NCBI GenBank assembly: GCA_028280575.1
Contig: JANQLN010000067.1
Span: 17,325-81,324, forward strand
Source of the DNA: Clostridia bacterium
GTDB taxonomy: Bacteria > Bacillota > Clostridia > Acetivibrionales > STF1-152
DNA length: 64,000 nt
Reading direction: 5' to 3'
How positions within the stretch are numbered: the stretch's first letter is position 1; every line of letters begins with the position of its first letter. Below the pieces are notes generated by a model. It made no database searches and was not told the origin of the DNA. It saw only the letters and a list, made by a program, of their open reading frames with translations. This document shows positions 17,281 to 26,875 of the stretch, one piece after another. A program made the translations under genes and the position numbers.

Positions 17281-19790
17281 TCCTGATACAAAGCATCAAT
17301 AACCTTTATTTCCCTGTTATTAACACTAACGGTATATTTATTATAATCAACCATTATTTTAATACCATTTTTATAAGTAGTCCTGTAAACACCGTCATCT
17401 ATTTTTTCATGATTTGAAATTGGCTGAAAAAATACGTCCGATAATACTTCTGAAAACAATTTATATGCCCTTGATGCTTCATCTGCCCAGAGGATATAAT
17501 TTGTAGAATATAAATATGTATAGGTGGTATTTTTAATAATTTCATTTTCAGCAAAATTTAACAAATAATATAATCCCGCGCCCGTCTCCAGGGATTTCAT
17601 AATTTCATACAGCGAATTTTCCGCAAGGTTCAATGGTTTTCCCGCATAGTTGATATACCCGCGGACAACAATCTGATAAAAAGGAATAGTTTCGTCTGCA
17701 ATTGTATAGTTGCTGGACGACATGGGCATATCCAAAATATGTCCTGCATATGGGAGAATATACGAAAAGCCTTCATCAAACATAATATCCATGTCCTGAA
17801 AATTCTTGCCTAATGACTCGACAACCATTTTCTTTGCATTTTCCCTGTTTACAGGATTCTTATTGTTATAATCCCCATTCAGATTGCCTCCCAATGTTCC
17901 CAGTGAAACCGTATCAAGCTTGTTTTTTCTGAAATTTTTTAAAAAATTATCCATATATTGATTAAGCTTTAACGGGCTTATGATATATTGGGGATACGAA
18001 TAATTGCTTATCAGGCCCTTTTCCATATCCCAATGGACCGCTATCCTCTTGTCAAGTCCTATTGATGCGTCACTTCTCGGGGTAAAGCCGTCAAAAAACC
18101 TATTTACCTCCGTATAGCAAAAATCCACATCAGGATAAAGGCTTATGCCATTATTATTTATATAATCCAAAAGCTTTTCAAAATCCTTTTTACCTCCAAG
18201 TTCCTTTTGATAGCTTATTTTATTGGGCACAGTATTTTTAAGCCCGCCATTCATCCATCCTGAATACTTCAAATGGATGTTGCCTATACCCCTGCCTTGC
18301 AAGCTTTCCATTATATCAATCGATTCCAAATATGAAGTCACCTTTTTTCTTCTGTCTACCGGTATACCGAATACCGGTTCCGTTTTTTCAATTGCTCCTA
18401 CTACTTCAAGATAGAAAGGTGCTCCTTTTTTTCTGTCAAGGGCGCGCAGCGCCCCTTTATCTATAAGATAATTCCTATATGTATCCGCCATTTGCACATA
18501 TCCTGCATTTTTTTCCGGTATAAAAAAATATTTTACCAATATATCGTCCTTATTCCCGTCTGATTCAAAAACGAATACGCCGTCTTTTTCCGACAAGCCT
18601 TCATATCGGTAATAATCCTTGTCGGTAATAGTAAAGCTTGGCCAAACGGAAAAATATTTATTTTCACCCTGGCTTGTCTTCACATCTATACTGGCTTGGG
18701 CATCGCTGCTTTCTATGACTGCGAGGTAAGCGTCTTCATCCCTTTTCATTCCATATACGGGAAGCCCCGCCTTTTCATTAAACAGCATAAACTTCTCAAA
18801 ATCCGTAGATATAACGTTATTACGGCCATAAACTTTCAAGGACAGATTTGAAGTATTCCTGTTTTTATCTTTAGTGTAAATAAGGGACCCGCAGCCGTCC
18901 GGCACCATTATATATCCGTCCGTAGAAGAATCTGCCGCTCCTAAATAATTCAGCAGGGAAAGCTTATGCAGGTAAAATTCTTCGTCATATTCAATCTCGG
19001 AAACAGGAAACCTCACAATAAGAGCATTATTTTCAATAGTATATTCAACAGGTATGGTAAATCTTGCATATACCTCTTCTTCTTCTATGAAATCAAACAT
19101 GCTGTGGTCGTAATCTTTATCCTCTATGGTGTATCCGGCTGTTTTTAAATATTCGCCAATGTCTCTTTTTTCCCTTGTCTTCATAGGACGGGCAACATAG
19201 AAATCATACTGTTCGGCCATAGGGTATTCTTTTAATATTTTCTTTTTGTCCTCCTCTCTCTTTATTTCCGAAAGCGAATAGAACTTATACAGCTTTTTTA
19301 ATCTCCTTAATGCTCTTTCATCTTCCTGGGGCTTTAATATAAGCTCTTCAAACCTGCTTTTCTCAATAATTTGAGGAACAATGCTCCTCTTTTCCATCCT
19401 TCCCAGTATATACTCTATTCTAAATCCATTGTCTATTTTTTTAATTTCAAACTGGTTTTTTTCCGCTGCGTCCGCCCAATTATTCATTTTAAACTCGCGA
19501 TTCATATTATCGTAAAAAATAATATCAAATTGGGAGCTCATTATTTTCTTTATTTCAGCACTAACCTTCAGCTCGTTTCTATCAATAGGATTTGAATTCC
19601 ATCCGGTATTTGTTTTTTTATTTGTTATATAAAATTCCGTTGTTTTCGGATCCAGATGAAACTTTAAATACTCATTTTCAAAGGTCAATTCACCTTCATA
19701 TTTACTATCAAGGGACTTATCCGCATAAACATTTGAAATGATTATGCTTATTATAGCAGCCGTTATTGCCATTGTTTTGATTTTTTTCAT
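17277..19790 (-). CDS. Secreted 837-aa protein, DUF5696-like (putative glycoside hydrolase; function unknown)
   Basis: It has a signal peptide. The family assignment is from memory of DUF5696 proteins found next to Yip1 genes. No canonical GH motif was recognised by eye. Confidence 0.6.
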   Translation of the reverse strand: MKKIKTMAITAAIISIIISNVYADKSLDSKYEGELTFENEYLKFHLDPKTTEFYITNKKTNTGWNSNPIDRNELKVSAEIKKIMSSQFDIIFYDNMNREFKMNNWADAAEKNQFEIKKIDNGFRIEYILGRMEKRSIVPQIIEKSRFEELILKPQEDERALRRLKKLYKFYSLSEIKREEDKKKILKEYPMAEQYDFYVARPMKTREKRDIGEYLKTAGYTIEDKDYDHSMFDFIEEEEVYARFTIPVEYTIENNALIVRFPVSEIEYDEEFYLHKLSLLNYLGAADSSTDGYIMVPDGCGSLIYTKDKNRNTSNLSLKVYGRNNVISTDFEKFMLFNEKAGLPVYGMKRDEDAYLAVIESSDAQASIDVKTSQGENKYFSVWPSFTITDKDYYRYEGLSEKDGVFVFESDGNKDDILVKYFFIPEKNAGYVQMADTYRNYLIDKGALRALDRKKGAPFYLEVVGAIEKTEPVFGIPVDRRKKVTSYLESIDIMESLQGRGIGNIHLKYSGWMNGGLKNTVPNKISYQKELGGKKDFEKLLDYINNNGISLYPDVDFCYTEVNRFFDGFTPRSDASIGLDKRIAVHWDMEKGLISNYSYPQYIISPLKLNQYMDNFLKNFRKNKLDTVSLGTLGGNLNGDYNNKNPVNRENAKKMVVESLGKNFQDMDIMFDEGFSYILPYAGHILDMPMSSSNYTIADETIPFYQIVVRGYINYAGKPLNLAENSLYEIMKSLETGAGLYYLLNFAENEIIKNTTYTYLYSTNYILWADEASRAYKLFSEVLSDVFFQPISNHEKIDDGVYRTTYKNGIKIMVDYNKYTVSVNNREIKVIDALYQE

Positions 19791-19820
19791 TAATAATTCA
19801 TCCCTTCTTTGTATCCTTTA

Positions 19821-21956
19821 TTACAATCTAAACATTATTTCCGTTGCAATATTGGACATAAAAGTAACCATTTTTCTGGTTAAAGTCAGAACAGCAACGG
19901 ACACAAAAATTAAAACACCCATGCCGGCAAACGTGAATATTGTTGTAATGGAATTTTTGGCAAAGGAATACTGATGTGTCACCATTAATCCGCATACTAT
20001 GAGAAAACCGGACCAAACCATGGAAAAATTCACAATCATCTGGTAAAACATTATTTCTTCATTCAGGATAAAATTGCTGTATACAAGCATTGGAATCCCA
20101 ATAATTATATAGGGAAAAATACCATAGGCAGTTGCAATAAATATATCCTGGAATGTACCTTCACCGTCCATTAATGTTGTAAGGCACCAGTTGGCTGTGC
20201 ACCAAAGAATCAGTATAAATAAAAAGCTCAGTATGTCTCTGGAAATATTGTAATATCTTACATTGATATCATTTATCAAAAAACCTGAATACAGATTTTT
20301 AGAAATGTTTAGTACAATTGCTATTGCAATAAATAAAATTGCAGCTTTTTTGCTTCCTCTTTTTTCATGCTTTAAGTCCCAATAGCCGTCAAAAGGATGA
20401 AAAATTAAATAGAATGCATACATAACCTCATCAAAAAATTTGCCTTTATACTTCTTAGCCTGTTTTACTTTTATTTCACTTTTAAAATATTTTTTCTTTA
20501 TGGCCGGACCTGCAAGTATCAATAAAATAATGATTGTTATAAGAATAAATATATACGGCATTTTTTTTGCAATAATGTCTTTTCTGTATTGTTCATAAGC
20601 CTTTGAATAATAATCCTTATAATTTGCCAGTTTAAAAAATTTCATTGCTTCATTATATTGTTCATTTTTATATTGATTTTTACCAATATAAATATACGCA
20701 AGGTCCATATTACTGTTATATTTAAGTATCTCTCTCCAGGCCTCGGTGGATTCCTCATATTTTCTTTCCCCGTATAATTTCAAAGCACTGTCCAGGATTT
20801 TACCGTATTGTGTTTTTTTAAAAACCGTTATCGAACCTTTTTTCTTATCAAGTACAAGCATGTTATCACCAGAATGCTTTATTGAAGACGCATATAGAAA
20901 AGCACCGTCAACATTTCCTTCCGTACCGAAGACATACAGCAGGTTCCCTTCATAATCGTAAGTGAAAATCCTGTTCCTTTTCATATCCAGGACACTATAG
21001 CTGTCGTTATCCGTCACATCAATATCTATAAGGACGGAAGGCCCTGTTGCCCTGTCAAAAACAATCTCCCCCACAGGAGGAAAATACCCGTTGCGCCTTA
21101 GGATATCATCGCCGGAGATGTTAAGGCGTTTAACAGGAAATATTTTATCTTTTTTTTCCCTGCCTCTGATAATTGATCTGATCTCCGACTCACTAACCGT
21201 ACTGGATGTTACATACAAAAAGCCCTTGCTGTCTATTGTAATATTATTAAATTCGGTAGGTACAAACCTTGCTATCCTCTTTCTCTGTTCTTCCGACGAT
21301 ATTCTTTTCCACATATAGTCAACCATGTTCTTCTGCACCTTTTGTGCCCCTAAAAAACCCTCAAAGTGACCGTCGTTTCTCAATTCAATAATTCCCAGGT
21401 TAACATTTTCAGCTACAACATAAATTCTTTCAGCCTTATCGACAACCAGCGCAGTCGGATTGTATACAAAATCGTCAGGCAAAAACTCTGTTTCAGGTAC
21501 TCCTATTATGGCTACAAGCTCTCCGTTTTGGTTCAATCTTACTATCCTGTGGTTTTTTGTATCTGCAATGTAAAGATCGTTATTTTCAGAAACAAAAATA
21601 CCCTGTGGCTCGTTAAAGGTTTCCCTGTTACCATCTGCTTCAAAGCCATCTATTATCCTTATCAATTCAAAATCACTGCTGAATACGACAATACGGTGGT
21701 TACCGGTATCCGCAATATATATATTCCTGTCTTTGTCTATAAACATGTCCGAAGGCTCCGACAGAAAATCCACACCCATATTCTCACCAAAAAGTATTCT
21801 TTCAGGCAGGAAAACATTTGGCGACTGGTTGGTATCTCCCCAATAGGAATATGTATACGTTTTATATGGGACAGAAGCTGCTAAGCCTGCTTCGCCGCCC
21901 ACCGCAAGTATAATTAATAATACAATAGCAAATAAAAACCGTTTCTTAATATTCAT
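19821..21956 (-). CDS. Fusion membrane protein: extracytoplasmic NHL-repeat beta-propeller, TPR-like segment and C-terminal Yip1-family polytopic domain
   Basis: NHL repeats are visible (IADTGNHRIVVF, IADTKNHRIVRL). The block YEESTEAWREILKYN...YNEAMKFF is TPR-like. The C-terminal domain begins HPFDGYWDLKHEKRG and is followed by five hydrophobic helices. I chose the ATG at 21956, preceded by GAGGTGG. Confidence 0.7.
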   Translation of the reverse strand: MNIKKRFLFAIVLLIILAVGGEAGLAASVPYKTYTYSYWGDTNQSPNVFLPERILFGENMGVDFLSEPSDMFIDKDRNIYIADTGNHRIVVFSSDFELIRIIDGFEADGNRETFNEPQGIFVSENNDLYIADTKNHRIVRLNQNGELVAIIGVPETEFLPDDFVYNPTALVVDKAERIYVVAENVNLGIIELRNDGHFEGFLGAQKVQKNMVDYMWKRISSEEQRKRIARFVPTEFNNITIDSKGFLYVTSSTVSESEIRSIIRGREKKDKIFPVKRLNISGDDILRRNGYFPPVGEIVFDRATGPSVLIDIDVTDNDSYSVLDMKRNRIFTYDYEGNLLYVFGTEGNVDGAFLYASSIKHSGDNMLVLDKKKGSITVFKKTQYGKILDSALKLYGERKYEESTEAWREILKYNSNMDLAYIYIGKNQYKNEQYNEAMKFFKLANYKDYYSKAYEQYRKDIIAKKMPYIFILITIIILLILAGPAIKKKYFKSEIKVKQAKKYKGKFFDEVMYAFYLIFHPFDGYWDLKHEKRGSKKAAILFIAIAIVLNISKNLYSGFLINDINVRYYNISRDILSFLFILILWCTANWCLTTLMDGEGTFQDIFIATAYGIFPYIIIGIPMLVYSNFILNEEIMFYQMIVNFSMVWSGFLIVCGLMVTHQYSFAKNSITTIFTFAGMGVLIFVSVAVLTLTRKMVTFMSNIATEIMFRL

Positions 21957-21972
21957 ATAAGCCCACCTCATA

Positions 21973-22833
21973 CTACTCCTTCATTCCTGACGTTGACATT
22001 GTCGTAATTATATTGCTTTGCGTAAGCAAAAAGATCAAAACGGGAACAACCATCATCAGGACACCTATGGCCGAACCGACACCGGCCCTGGCAATTCCCC
22101 CCGCAATAATTTGACCCAGTGCATAGTTTAGTGTTTTCATTTCTTCCCTGTAAATATATACTGTATTCCCTATATTCCATAAGCCTTGAAAGGAAAATAT
22201 TATAAGGGTCAGCCATGCAGGTTTAACAATTGGCATAACAATTATCCAAAACATCTTCCATTCACTGGCACCGTCTATCCTGGCAGATTGAAGCATAGCG
22301 TCAGGAAGCATTTGCTCCATAAACTGCTTCATCAAATACAATCCTAAAGGTGCTGCAAACGCGGGAACAATCAATGACCAAAATTTATCAATCCATCCCA
22401 GGTTTGCAATAATAAGATAGTTTGGTATGGCTGTAACAGTTGCATTGAACATCAGCGAAAGCACTATAATATTAAAAATCAATCTTGCGCCGTAAAATTT
22501 GTGCTTTGCAAGTGCATAGGCACACATTGACGACAAAATAACATGGCCTGCGGTACCGGCTATCGATATAAAAAACGTATTAAAAATATACCGGGAAAAG
22601 GGTACCCAGGAATTTGACATTATAATAAAAATATCTCTGAAATTCTTTAATGTCGGCCTTCTCACAAAAAATCTGGGAGGAAAAAGCCATAATTCGTTAA
22701 ATGGCTTAAAAGCATTGCTTATAGCATATACAACCGGCAGTGCCATAAATATGCCGGTTAATGCTATAAATACAAATATACCCAAATCTCCGCCAAAGGA
22801 ACGATTTAATCTCTTACCTGATTTTTGCATCAT
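21973..22833 (-). CDS. Carbohydrate ABC transporter permease (MalG-like)
   Basis: Contains an EAA loop (LQSARIDGASEWKMFWIIVMP) and six hydrophobic segments. Confidence 0.85.
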   Translation of the reverse strand: MMQKSGKRLNRSFGGDLGIFVFIALTGIFMALPVVYAISNAFKPFNELWLFPPRFFVRRPTLKNFRDIFIIMSNSWVPFSRYIFNTFFISIAGTAGHVILSSMCAYALAKHKFYGARLIFNIIVLSLMFNATVTAIPNYLIIANLGWIDKFWSLIVPAFAAPLGLYLMKQFMEQMLPDAMLQSARIDGASEWKMFWIIVMPIVKPAWLTLIIFSFQGLWNIGNTVYIYREEMKTLNYALGQIIAGGIARAGVGSAIGVLMMVVPVLIFLLTQSNIITTMSTSGMKE

Positions 22834-23793
22834 TTAAGCATCACCAATCTTTGATAATAGGCGTTTAATAATAATGTTTGTCAAGATCATAACTACAAAT
22901 AGTATGGTGGCAATTGAAGAAGCATATCCCATTTCAAACCTGATTGCACCATAATCCTCCAAATGGTTTATTATTGTATGTGCGGCATAGTCGGTACTCG
23001 GAAAGCCGCACAAATTTGTGACTATGCTTCCCACTCCGAAGGAAGCCGTTATACTCATAACTGCCCCGAACATTAACTGTGGTTTCATGGAAGGAAGTGT
23101 TATATACCATAATTCCTGCCATCTGTTTTTTGCACCGTCAATTGCTGAAGCTTCATATAGTGATTTGTCAACACCTTGCAATCCGGCAATAAAAGCCAAA
23201 AAGCTTGTTCCAATACTTGTCCATAGAGCCACAATGATAACAAGAGGCAAAATGTATTCTTTATTATGAAACCATTGAATCGGCTCTGAAATTGCACCCA
23301 TTTGCAGAAGCATCCCGTTAGCATATCCATAGCTGTCCCCATTAAACATAATAGTCCACACAAGGTAAATGTTTCCTGATATTGAAGGCGCATAAAAGAC
23401 CAATGTGACAAAAGCCCTTATTTTTGGAGTCAGCTCATTTATTATCCATGCAAAAATGAGGCTGAGCATATAGCTTACCGGTCCTGTTACAAGTGCAAAC
23501 ACTATAGTGTTTTTTATGGCAGTAAGAAATATATCATCGTATAAGAATAACTTAATATAGTTGTCGAAGCCTACAAATTTAGGAGGTTCAAGTATATTGA
23601 AATAGGTAAAGCTGAAAAACATGGAAATAACAACAGGGAGCATTGTAAATAAACAGAATAATAATAAATATGGTGCAATGAACATGTATGATACCCTGCT
23701 GTTCTTCAATTCTCTGATTATTCCATTAATTCTGCCTTCACCCTTATTGTCTAAAAGAGCCAAACTTTTTTTTGTAGTTGTAATACTGCTCAT
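22834..23793 (-). CDS. Sugar ABC transporter permease (MalF-like)
   Basis: Contains an EAA loop (YEASAIDGAKNRWQELWYITLP). It directly abuts the next permease gene. Confidence 0.85.
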   Translation of the reverse strand: MSSITTTKKSLALLDNKGEGRINGIIRELKNSRVSYMFIAPYLLLFCLFTMLPVVISMFFSFTYFNILEPPKFVGFDNYIKLFLYDDIFLTAIKNTIVFALVTGPVSYMLSLIFAWIINELTPKIRAFVTLVFYAPSISGNIYLVWTIMFNGDSYGYANGMLLQMGAISEPIQWFHNKEYILPLVIIVALWTSIGTSFLAFIAGLQGVDKSLYEASAIDGAKNRWQELWYITLPSMKPQLMFGAVMSITASFGVGSIVTNLCGFPSTDYAAHTIINHLEDYGAIRFEMGYASSIATILFVVMILTNIIIKRLLSKIGDA

Positions 23794-23826
23794 TGCTAAC
23801 CCCCTGAGCTTTTTCTATCAAAGCTT

Positions 23827-26682
23827 CTAATACAGACTCAAACCAAATTCCTTACGTTTTTTATTAATCTCGTCATTAATGGTCCTTACAAAATCCAGGA
23901 GTGTTTCTTCAGGCTGTTCTCCGTCATTTACAACTCTTCTATATGCAAAATCCAGATACCTGGTAGTATAGTAACCGCCTGGAACTTCCGGTATGCCTTT
24001 AACCCATTCCCACTGGTCCATAAGACTTTTATAATGCCTTTGGGGCCATGGTATTTCATACATTGCTTCAATATTGGCAGTAGCATTCCTGGCAGCCGCC
24101 CCCATTATACATTCCAATTCCTTGCTGTAAGCACTCTGGGTATCTTTCTCTGTCCACCATTTCATAAATTCCCATGCGGCACCTTTATCTTCTGTCTGGG
24201 CCAGCATAATACAACCGCCTCCGCCGCCGGGACCCGACCTGTCAATAGTATTATTGTTCTCATTAATAGTGCCCGGTAAAGGTATAAAATCCCATAATCC
24301 TTTTATTTCAGGCGCAAACAGGGTCAATTGGTTATAGTCCGTATAATTAGTAATTCCAATAGGCATTTCACCTGTTCTAAAACGGTTAATGAAATTATAT
24401 GTAATTTGGAGCTTATAGTTGGTATACAGCTCAGTCCATTGGTTAAACGCATCTATTGCAATTTCTGAATCAAGATTCGAACGCACGCCGTCCCTTACGT
24501 AAAGAGAACCGTCATTTTGCATGAGCTTAATCATGTAACCGTTAAAACCCATTGGATAACCAAACTCCAGGTTTTTCTTCTGAAGAACGGGGATTATATC
24601 ATATACGTCTTTCCATGTATCCGGCAGGCTTACACCCAGCTCTTCCATAATATCCTTCCTGTAAAACATCATCATAAAGGTTTGTGTTTCGGGAAGTGCG
24701 TAAACTCCCTCGTTATACCTGTAAGGAACAAGGGCGCTGCCGTAAAACCTTTTTGCTACATCATCATAGCTTTCAAAGCCTGATAATTCGGTAATGGCAT
24801 TTCTTGCCGCATAGTTTACAACATCTCCTCCCGGTATCTGAAGTGCTATATCCGGACCTATCCCTGCTAAAGCAGCAGGCAGGAGGGAACCTGCAGGCGC
24901 GAGCTGAACATTTGCATTAATGCTATGATATGGGGTAAAGCTGTTTTCGGTCAGCTCTTTCAATATCTGTGCCTGGTCCCTTCCGCCGGCTGAAAGCCAT
25001 ACGGTAACATTTCTATATTTTTTATCGGCTTCTAAATTAATGCTCCCTATTGTATTGTAATCCTCTACAAAAGATGCTGCAAAAGCTTTGATCTCATGCC
25101 ACATCCTTTTAATAAATCCGGCATCCGCTTTCGGAAGCTTTTCATCCGGTGACAAAAGCATTATATAATCAATTATTAATGGCTGTTCACCGGTGTTTAA
25201 AATCCATTCGCCCAAGCCGCTGACGTTTTCCTTGAAATTTTTGAAGCTTGATGCAATCATCTCCGGCCTTGACGACATTTTCTCAAGCTGGAAGGCAAGC
25301 TTGTCAAGCATAACAACATCCTGTCCCTTTTCACCGTTAATCCTTTCAAATTCCGCGGAGATATTATCTAAAATCCGTGCCTGTGAATCAAAAACATCCA
25401 GTGTATCCGGAATCAGTCTATCAAAGGCGTAATCACGGTAAATATCCGGCTCCGGACCTGTTATCATTAAAATTTTCCTGTAGGCGTTATTTAACTTTAA
25501 AACACTGTTTTTCAGAATCCTGTGTACATCTGCCCAATCGCCCAATGTTACATTAAGACTTATTTCATGCTTGCCTTTTGATAAATAAAACAAGTAATCC
25601 TTCTCACCATCTCCAAGCGTATTTATCTGCCATTTGCTGTCATAGTTGAATCTTAATTTTTCAGCTTCACTAAAGGGTGTTTTACCGTTTATCAGCAAAT
25701 GCCTGCTTGTAAACAATCCGGCTTTGGTGTTTTGCTTAAACCTGACTGCAATTTTATACAATCCGCTTTCAGGTACATCCATTTCCCATGTAATCCACTG
25801 TCCCGGAATTCTCCACCGCTCACCGCCAATGGTATTCAATCTTATTTTCGAAGCATGGTATGGCTGCGTTATAGGAGACGTCCTGTCATTAACTGCATAA
25901 AGGGTGGGGTCCGACTTGTATTTAGATTTTTCAGCCTGGATCACAACCTCCTGTCCCTTTGTACTTTGATATCCTCTTTTTTTATAGACCTGTTCAATTT
26001 CAGAATAGGATAAAACGGGTTCTCCCTTATATAATTTAAGCCATGCAATCATCATCGGCTCTTTTATGGACTCAAATCTGACAGTATGTTTTCCCCTTGT
26101 AAAATAAAACCTGTACGGTTCGTTATAATAACCGGTATTATCCATCAGGTCTGTTTCAATCCACATAGGGGATTGTTCCTGGGTGGGCCTTAACTCATTA
26201 TCCAAAATGTCTATTTTAATATCACCGGCATCAACCCAAACTCGTGTAAAAATAAGGTTGTTTAATTCTTCAAAGGCAGTCTTGCCGTTTATCTTTAACC
26301 TTCTTTCAATAGAGCTTCTTTTACCTTCTACAGGGTAGTACTTTATTGCTATATTATAAAATCCCGCCTTTTCAACATCTAATTCCCACTCTATAAAACC
26401 CTCGTCGGTAGTAATTATTGACAATCCGTCAAGGCCTTCAAAATCCTTTTTCATTTCAATACTCATATTTGTATGGGTATAATCATGGGCATTTATAAAA
26501 ATCGTATCATCGGCAAAATCCTTATCTGAATGATTGTTTTTATACTGCTCATAATCCATATATTTTTCAGGGCCTTCAGCATAAGAGGCTAAACCAAAAA
26601 ACAAGCACAAAAATATTATAATAAACCCATATGTAAAATATATCAATCTAAATCTTATATTGAATAGAGCGCCGGTTTCCAT
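23827..26682 (-). CDS. Giant (951 aa) extracellular solute-binding protein with two N-terminal CBM-like modules
   Basis: N-terminal anchor or signal. Two internally repeated modules are visible (IEWELDVEKAGFYNIAIKYY...LKINGKTAFEE and ITWEMDVPESGLYKIAVRF...LLINGKTPFSE). The C-terminal half is SBP_bac_1-like. Confidence 0.75.
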   Translation of the reverse strand: METGALFNIRFRLIYFTYGFIIIFLCLFFGLASYAEGPEKYMDYEQYKNNHSDKDFADDTIFINAHDYTHTNMSIEMKKDFEGLDGLSIITTDEGFIEWELDVEKAGFYNIAIKYYPVEGKRSSIERRLKINGKTAFEELNNLIFTRVWVDAGDIKIDILDNELRPTQEQSPMWIETDLMDNTGYYNEPYRFYFTRGKHTVRFESIKEPMMIAWLKLYKGEPVLSYSEIEQVYKKRGYQSTKGQEVVIQAEKSKYKSDPTLYAVNDRTSPITQPYHASKIRLNTIGGERWRIPGQWITWEMDVPESGLYKIAVRFKQNTKAGLFTSRHLLINGKTPFSEAEKLRFNYDSKWQINTLGDGEKDYLFYLSKGKHEISLNVTLGDWADVHRILKNSVLKLNNAYRKILMITGPEPDIYRDYAFDRLIPDTLDVFDSQARILDNISAEFERINGEKGQDVVMLDKLAFQLEKMSSRPEMIASSFKNFKENVSGLGEWILNTGEQPLIIDYIMLLSPDEKLPKADAGFIKRMWHEIKAFAASFVEDYNTIGSINLEADKKYRNVTVWLSAGGRDQAQILKELTENSFTPYHSINANVQLAPAGSLLPAALAGIGPDIALQIPGGDVVNYAARNAITELSGFESYDDVAKRFYGSALVPYRYNEGVYALPETQTFMMMFYRKDIMEELGVSLPDTWKDVYDIIPVLQKKNLEFGYPMGFNGYMIKLMQNDGSLYVRDGVRSNLDSEIAIDAFNQWTELYTNYKLQITYNFINRFRTGEMPIGITNYTDYNQLTLFAPEIKGLWDFIPLPGTINENNNTIDRSGPGGGGGCIMLAQTEDKGAAWEFMKWWTEKDTQSAYSKELECIMGAAARNATANIEAMYEIPWPQRHYKSLMDQWEWVKGIPEVPGGYYTTRYLDFAYRRVVNDGEQPEETLLDFVRTINDEINKKRKEFGLSLY

Positions 26683-26875
26683 TAATTAAAGCTGCACCTC
26701 CCCCTTCACAAAGCTTCATGGCAAGTAAAATTAAGTATATATTTATTCGATCCGCCTTCATGTGGTTTTTGTGTGTTTTGTATATTTTTTATCACATATA
26801 GCCATCAGTATCTGTATGTTATTAATAATATAACATTATATTAATTAAGTCAATAGTATATATCAACTAAATCAT

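Noticed and set aside
26821-26848. An AT-only near-palindrome (ATTAATAATATAACATTATATTAATTAA) upstream of the giant SBP gene, considered as an operator.
   Set aside because: Palindromes made only of A and T are expected by chance in AT-rich spacers. No second copy was found in the locus.
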